Shown here: positions 63,830 through 64,000 of the stretch, piece after piece | Layout: each line of letters starts with the position of its first letter | How positions within the stretch are numbered: position 1 is the first letter of the stretch | Made by a program: the position numbers and the translations under genes | The notes under the pieces: model-generated | Seen by the model: only the letters and a program-made list of their open reading frames with translations | Told to the model about the DNA's origin: nothing | The model's database searches: none | DNA from: an uncultured Desulfovibrio sp. | GTDB lineage: Bacteria; Desulfobacterota; Desulfovibrionia; Desulfovibrionales; Desulfovibrionaceae | Reading direction: 5' to 3' | NCBI GenBank assembly: GCA_944324555.1 | Contig: CALUWU010000038.1 | Span: 171 to 64,170, forward strand | DNA: 64,000 nucleotides

Positions 63830-64000
63830 AAGTATCTCCTTGATGCGACAATAGAGCAGACAGCCAAAGAATTCAATAGAAAAGAATGAGCATACTTCAG
63901 AAATTAAGTTCGGGAACAATAGCCGTCAGACTGCGGACGATCCGGACTTCCGGCGGGAGTTCCGGCAGGGGGGCGGTCTCGTCGCTCCGGAGATAGAAAA

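Overview
High-GC bacterial chromosome segment. The gene content (long MCPs, MucR-family regulator, intergenic hairpin repeats) suggests Desulfovibrionaceae, but this is inference. Four blocks: (1) 281-18810 (+): a type I secretion system (PrtD/PrtE-like ABC and MFP, TolC) interleaved with an ABC-transporter-dependent surface glycan locus (acyltransferase, methyltransferase with coiled coil, HAD/RgpF-like protein, Wzm/Wzt, DUF6056-like membrane protein, three glycosyltransferases). (2) 18838-26415 (+): AraC regulator, CMD and cupin proteins, RelA/SpoT, MCP. (3) 27036-56148 (-): a complete type VI secretion system (all 13 core tss genes) with a DUF2169-pentapeptide / pentapeptide / DUF3540 / DUF4150 block ahead of tssJKLM, as in Burkholderia T6SS-5. 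It also has a 1193-aa VgrG with a helical domain apparently inserted in the spike, an AMIN-like membrane protein, two orphan genes and a Sel1-repeat protein. (4) 56195-63829 (-): ubiX, a periplasmic-sensor EAL phosphodiesterase, a second MCP preceded by a (TC)18 microsatellite, and a MucR-family regulator. Intergenic DNA holds short dispersed elements that begin at CTAG stop codons, plus nested hairpin cassettes. No rRNA, tRNA, CRISPR array, integrase or transposase was recognised. All family assignments come from motif recognition by eye, not from database searches.
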